A stretch of DNA of 60,054 nt from Gemmatimonadales bacterium (GTDB lineage Bacteria > Gemmatimonadota > Gemmatimonadetes > Gemmatimonadales > GWC2-71-9), in contig JBBQXQ010000006.1 of the NCBI GenBank assembly GCA_038209515.1, positions 1 through 60,054 of the forward strand, given 5' to 3'. Each line of letters opens with the position of its first letter. Positions within the stretch are counted from its first letter, which is position 1. This document shows positions 58,273 to 60,054 of this stretch, piece by piece. The translations under genes and the position numbers were made by a program. Under the pieces are notes generated by a model that saw nothing but the letters and a program-made list of their open reading frames with translations, was not told the DNA's origin and ran no database searches.

Positions 58273-59373
58273 GCCGCCTTGCCTCCGAACCGCTTGAGGT
58301 ATGCCTGGATGAAGGTGTCGAGATCGCCGTCCATGACCCGTTGCACGTCACCGACCTTCACCTCGGTTCGGTGATCATTGACCATGGTATACGGCTGAAA
58401 CACGTAGGAGCGGATCTGATTGCCCCAGGAGTTATCGGTCTTCGTCGCCTCGACCAGGGCTTGAGCTGCCTCCTGCTCCTCCAACTTCTTTTGATAGATA
58501 GCGGCCCGCAACATTTTCAGGGCCGTAGCCCGGTTCTTCGTCTGGCTGCGTTCCTGCTGGCAGGACACCACGGTATTAGTCGGGATATGGGTGAGCCGTA
58601 CCGCCGACGACGTCTTGTTGACGTGCTGGCCACCGGCTCCAGAAGCGCGGAACACGTCCATCTTGATGTCCTCGTCGCGCAGGTCCACCTCGATCGTATC
58701 GTCGATATCGGGATAGACGAACACGGAGGCGAAGGAGGTGTGGCGCCGCGACTGAGAATCGTAGGGCGAGATTCGAACCAGACGGTGGACACCCTTCTCC
58801 GCCTTCAGATACCCGTAGGCGTACTGCCCCTTGATCTCGATCGTCACCGACTTGATCCCGGCTTCTTCACCCGGGAGCAGGTCGAGCACCGTCACCTGAA
58901 AGCCGTGCCGCTCGGCCCAGCGCACGTACATCCGCATGAGCATCTCGGCCCAGTCCTGCGACTCGGTGCCGCCGGCACCGGGATGGATGGTGAGGAGTGC
59001 GTCGCGCCCGTCCTCCGGTCCCTGAAGCATGGCCTGAAGCTCGAAGGCCTCCGCGGCGGTCTGGAGCTCGTCCGCTTCGCGCCCGACATCGGACAGCATG
59101 GCCACGTCCGGCTCGGCCTCGAGTAGCCCGGCCAACTCGAGGGCTTCCTCGAGCCTATGATGAAGAGTGTCGTAGGGGGTAAGCCAGTTCTTGAGAGATT
59201 TGATCTCCTGAACCGAGGCCCGCGCAGCCTCGGCATCAGCCCAGAAACCGGGCAGCGCCTGCTTGGCCTCGAGAGCGTTCAGTCGTTCGGCCTTCCCCGA
59301 CAAGTCAAAGAAAGTCTCGGAGTTCAGCCACACGGCGTTGGAGATCCGTCAGACGGTCGACGAGCTCGGACAT
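58269..59373 (-). CDS. prfB: Peptide chain release factor 2 with programmed +1 frameshift (join 59373..59308, 59306..58269)
   Basis: ATG 59373 with SD GGGAG gives 22 codons ending CTT TGA C (59310-59304); the +1 frame holds the SPY/SPF-type motif, GAGGQHVN and WGNQIRSY. Confidence 0.96.
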
Positions 59374-59411
59374 GCAAACGACTCCCTGAGAGGTATGGAG
59401 GGAAAGTTAAC

Positions 59412-59460
59412 GGAGGTAGGAAGCAAGAAGTGAGAAGTGAGAAGGAGGCTCGCCTCACTT
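59412..59460. repeat. Intergenic degenerate 7-mer tandem repeat with a short inverted arm
   Basis: GGAGGTA GGAAGCA AGAAGTG AGAAGTG AGAAGGA, then CTCACTT complementary to AAGTGAG. Confidence 0.55.
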
Positions 59461-59481
59461 GTTCACCGGTCACCATTCACC

Positions 59482-60054
59482 TCAAAAGATCTGGCGTCCG
59501 CCGGCCAGGATCTCGTTCAGCGCTTCGCGGAAATAGGGGGTGGATTCAGCGACGTCGCGGCCGACCTGGTCGGCGTATTCCTCCCAGCTCTTCTTGATCT
59601 CCTCCTCGAAAAGCTCCTTCAGGTTCCCGTCGCGGAGCCCCTCCTGCCGCTTACCCGGGTGGTAGACGACCATGTCGGAGATGAGGGCCCGGGCCAGACG
59701 GCGCGCCTTGAGGGCGGGGTCCTGGGAGAGAAACGGGTTGGCCGGCCGCCCACCAGGCGTGGGCCTGGCCGCCGGATTCGGAGCAGCGGGAGGCGTGGAA
59801 GCCTTGGTCGGTGCCGGAGGGGGGCCGGCCGGAGCCGCAGGCCGAGCCGCGGCGGCGGGAGCCGAGGCAGGCAGCATGGCGGGAGCAGCCGGCGACCCTC
59901 CGGGGGTAGCGGGACGCGATGGCGCAGCGGGACGCGGTGGCGAGGCCGCCGGAGGGGGTGGAGCGGGCCGCGAGGGAGGAGGTGTCGCGGTCGGCACTGC
60001 GGCTCGAGTGGGCTCTGGCCGCGCAGGCTCGACCCTCGGCGGCTCGGGCTTGGG
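59482..60054 (-). CDS. Hypothetical protein, 5'-truncated by the window: Pro/Ala-rich linker plus C-terminal helical domain
   Basis: Frame open to the window edge; low-complexity PAAP linker then DPALKARRLARALISDMVVY..EIKKSWEEY..FREALNEIL. Confidence 0.8.
   Translation of the reverse strand, partial: PKPEPPRVEPARPEPTRAAVPTATPPPSRPAPPPPAASPPRPAAPSRPATPGGSPAAPAMLPASAPAAAARPAAPAGPPPAPTKASTPPAAPNPAARPTPGGRPANPFLSQDPALKARRLARALISDMVVYHPGKRQEGLRDGNLKELFEEEIKKSWEEYADQVGRDVAESTPYFREALNEILAGGRQIF

Noticed and set aside
58269-59373. prfB or murJ as pseudogenes
   Set aside because: The prfB stop is the canonical programmed frameshift, and the murJ frame is intact and only lacks a standard start codon

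Overview
A high-GC, gene-dense bacterial chromosomal segment with about 50 CDSs and two tRNAs. It is most likely from Gemmatimonadota; this is inferred from gene content (fused lpxC-fabZ, mcsA-mcsB-clpC in a diderm, bshC) and gene order. I see no integrase, transposase, phage genes or CRISPR. The window appears to straddle the replication terminus: a 28-bp dif site lies at 16916-16943, where a plus-strand block meets a minus-strand block of about 43 kb. The plus-strand block is trpG/pabA, kdsB-pyrG-kdsA-kdsC-lptC-long lptA-lptB-rpoN, a five-gene glycosylation cassette and dapF. The minus-strand block includes prfB-lysS-lolE-lolD-mcsA-mcsB-clpC-bamA-skp-lpxD-lpxC/fabZ-lpxA-gnnA-like-lpxB-DUF374-lpxK-gdhA-rlmH-methyltransferase-bshC-murJ-uvrC-larC-TPR-phhA-tRNA-Gly and DUF512-der-plsY-gpsA-merR-surE-pcm-dedA-acyP-apt-tRNA-Arg. 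The best candidate for an undescribed system is a general protein O-glycosylation (probably O-mannosylation) pathway. It rests on a DPM1-like plus YfhO/GT-C cassette together with a strong excess of Bacteroidota-type D-(S/T)-x sequons in exported proteins relative to two cytoplasmic proteins checked. Other leads are a putative winged-helix domain fused to LptB, DnaA-box/IHF-like sites abutting dif, an arginine-kinase proteolysis module inside the outer-membrane biogenesis operon, a CUG-initiated murJ, an SD-less prfB frameshift, several leaderless genes and a possible N-methyl-bacillithiol module. All calls come from motifs recognised by eye; no database searches were run.
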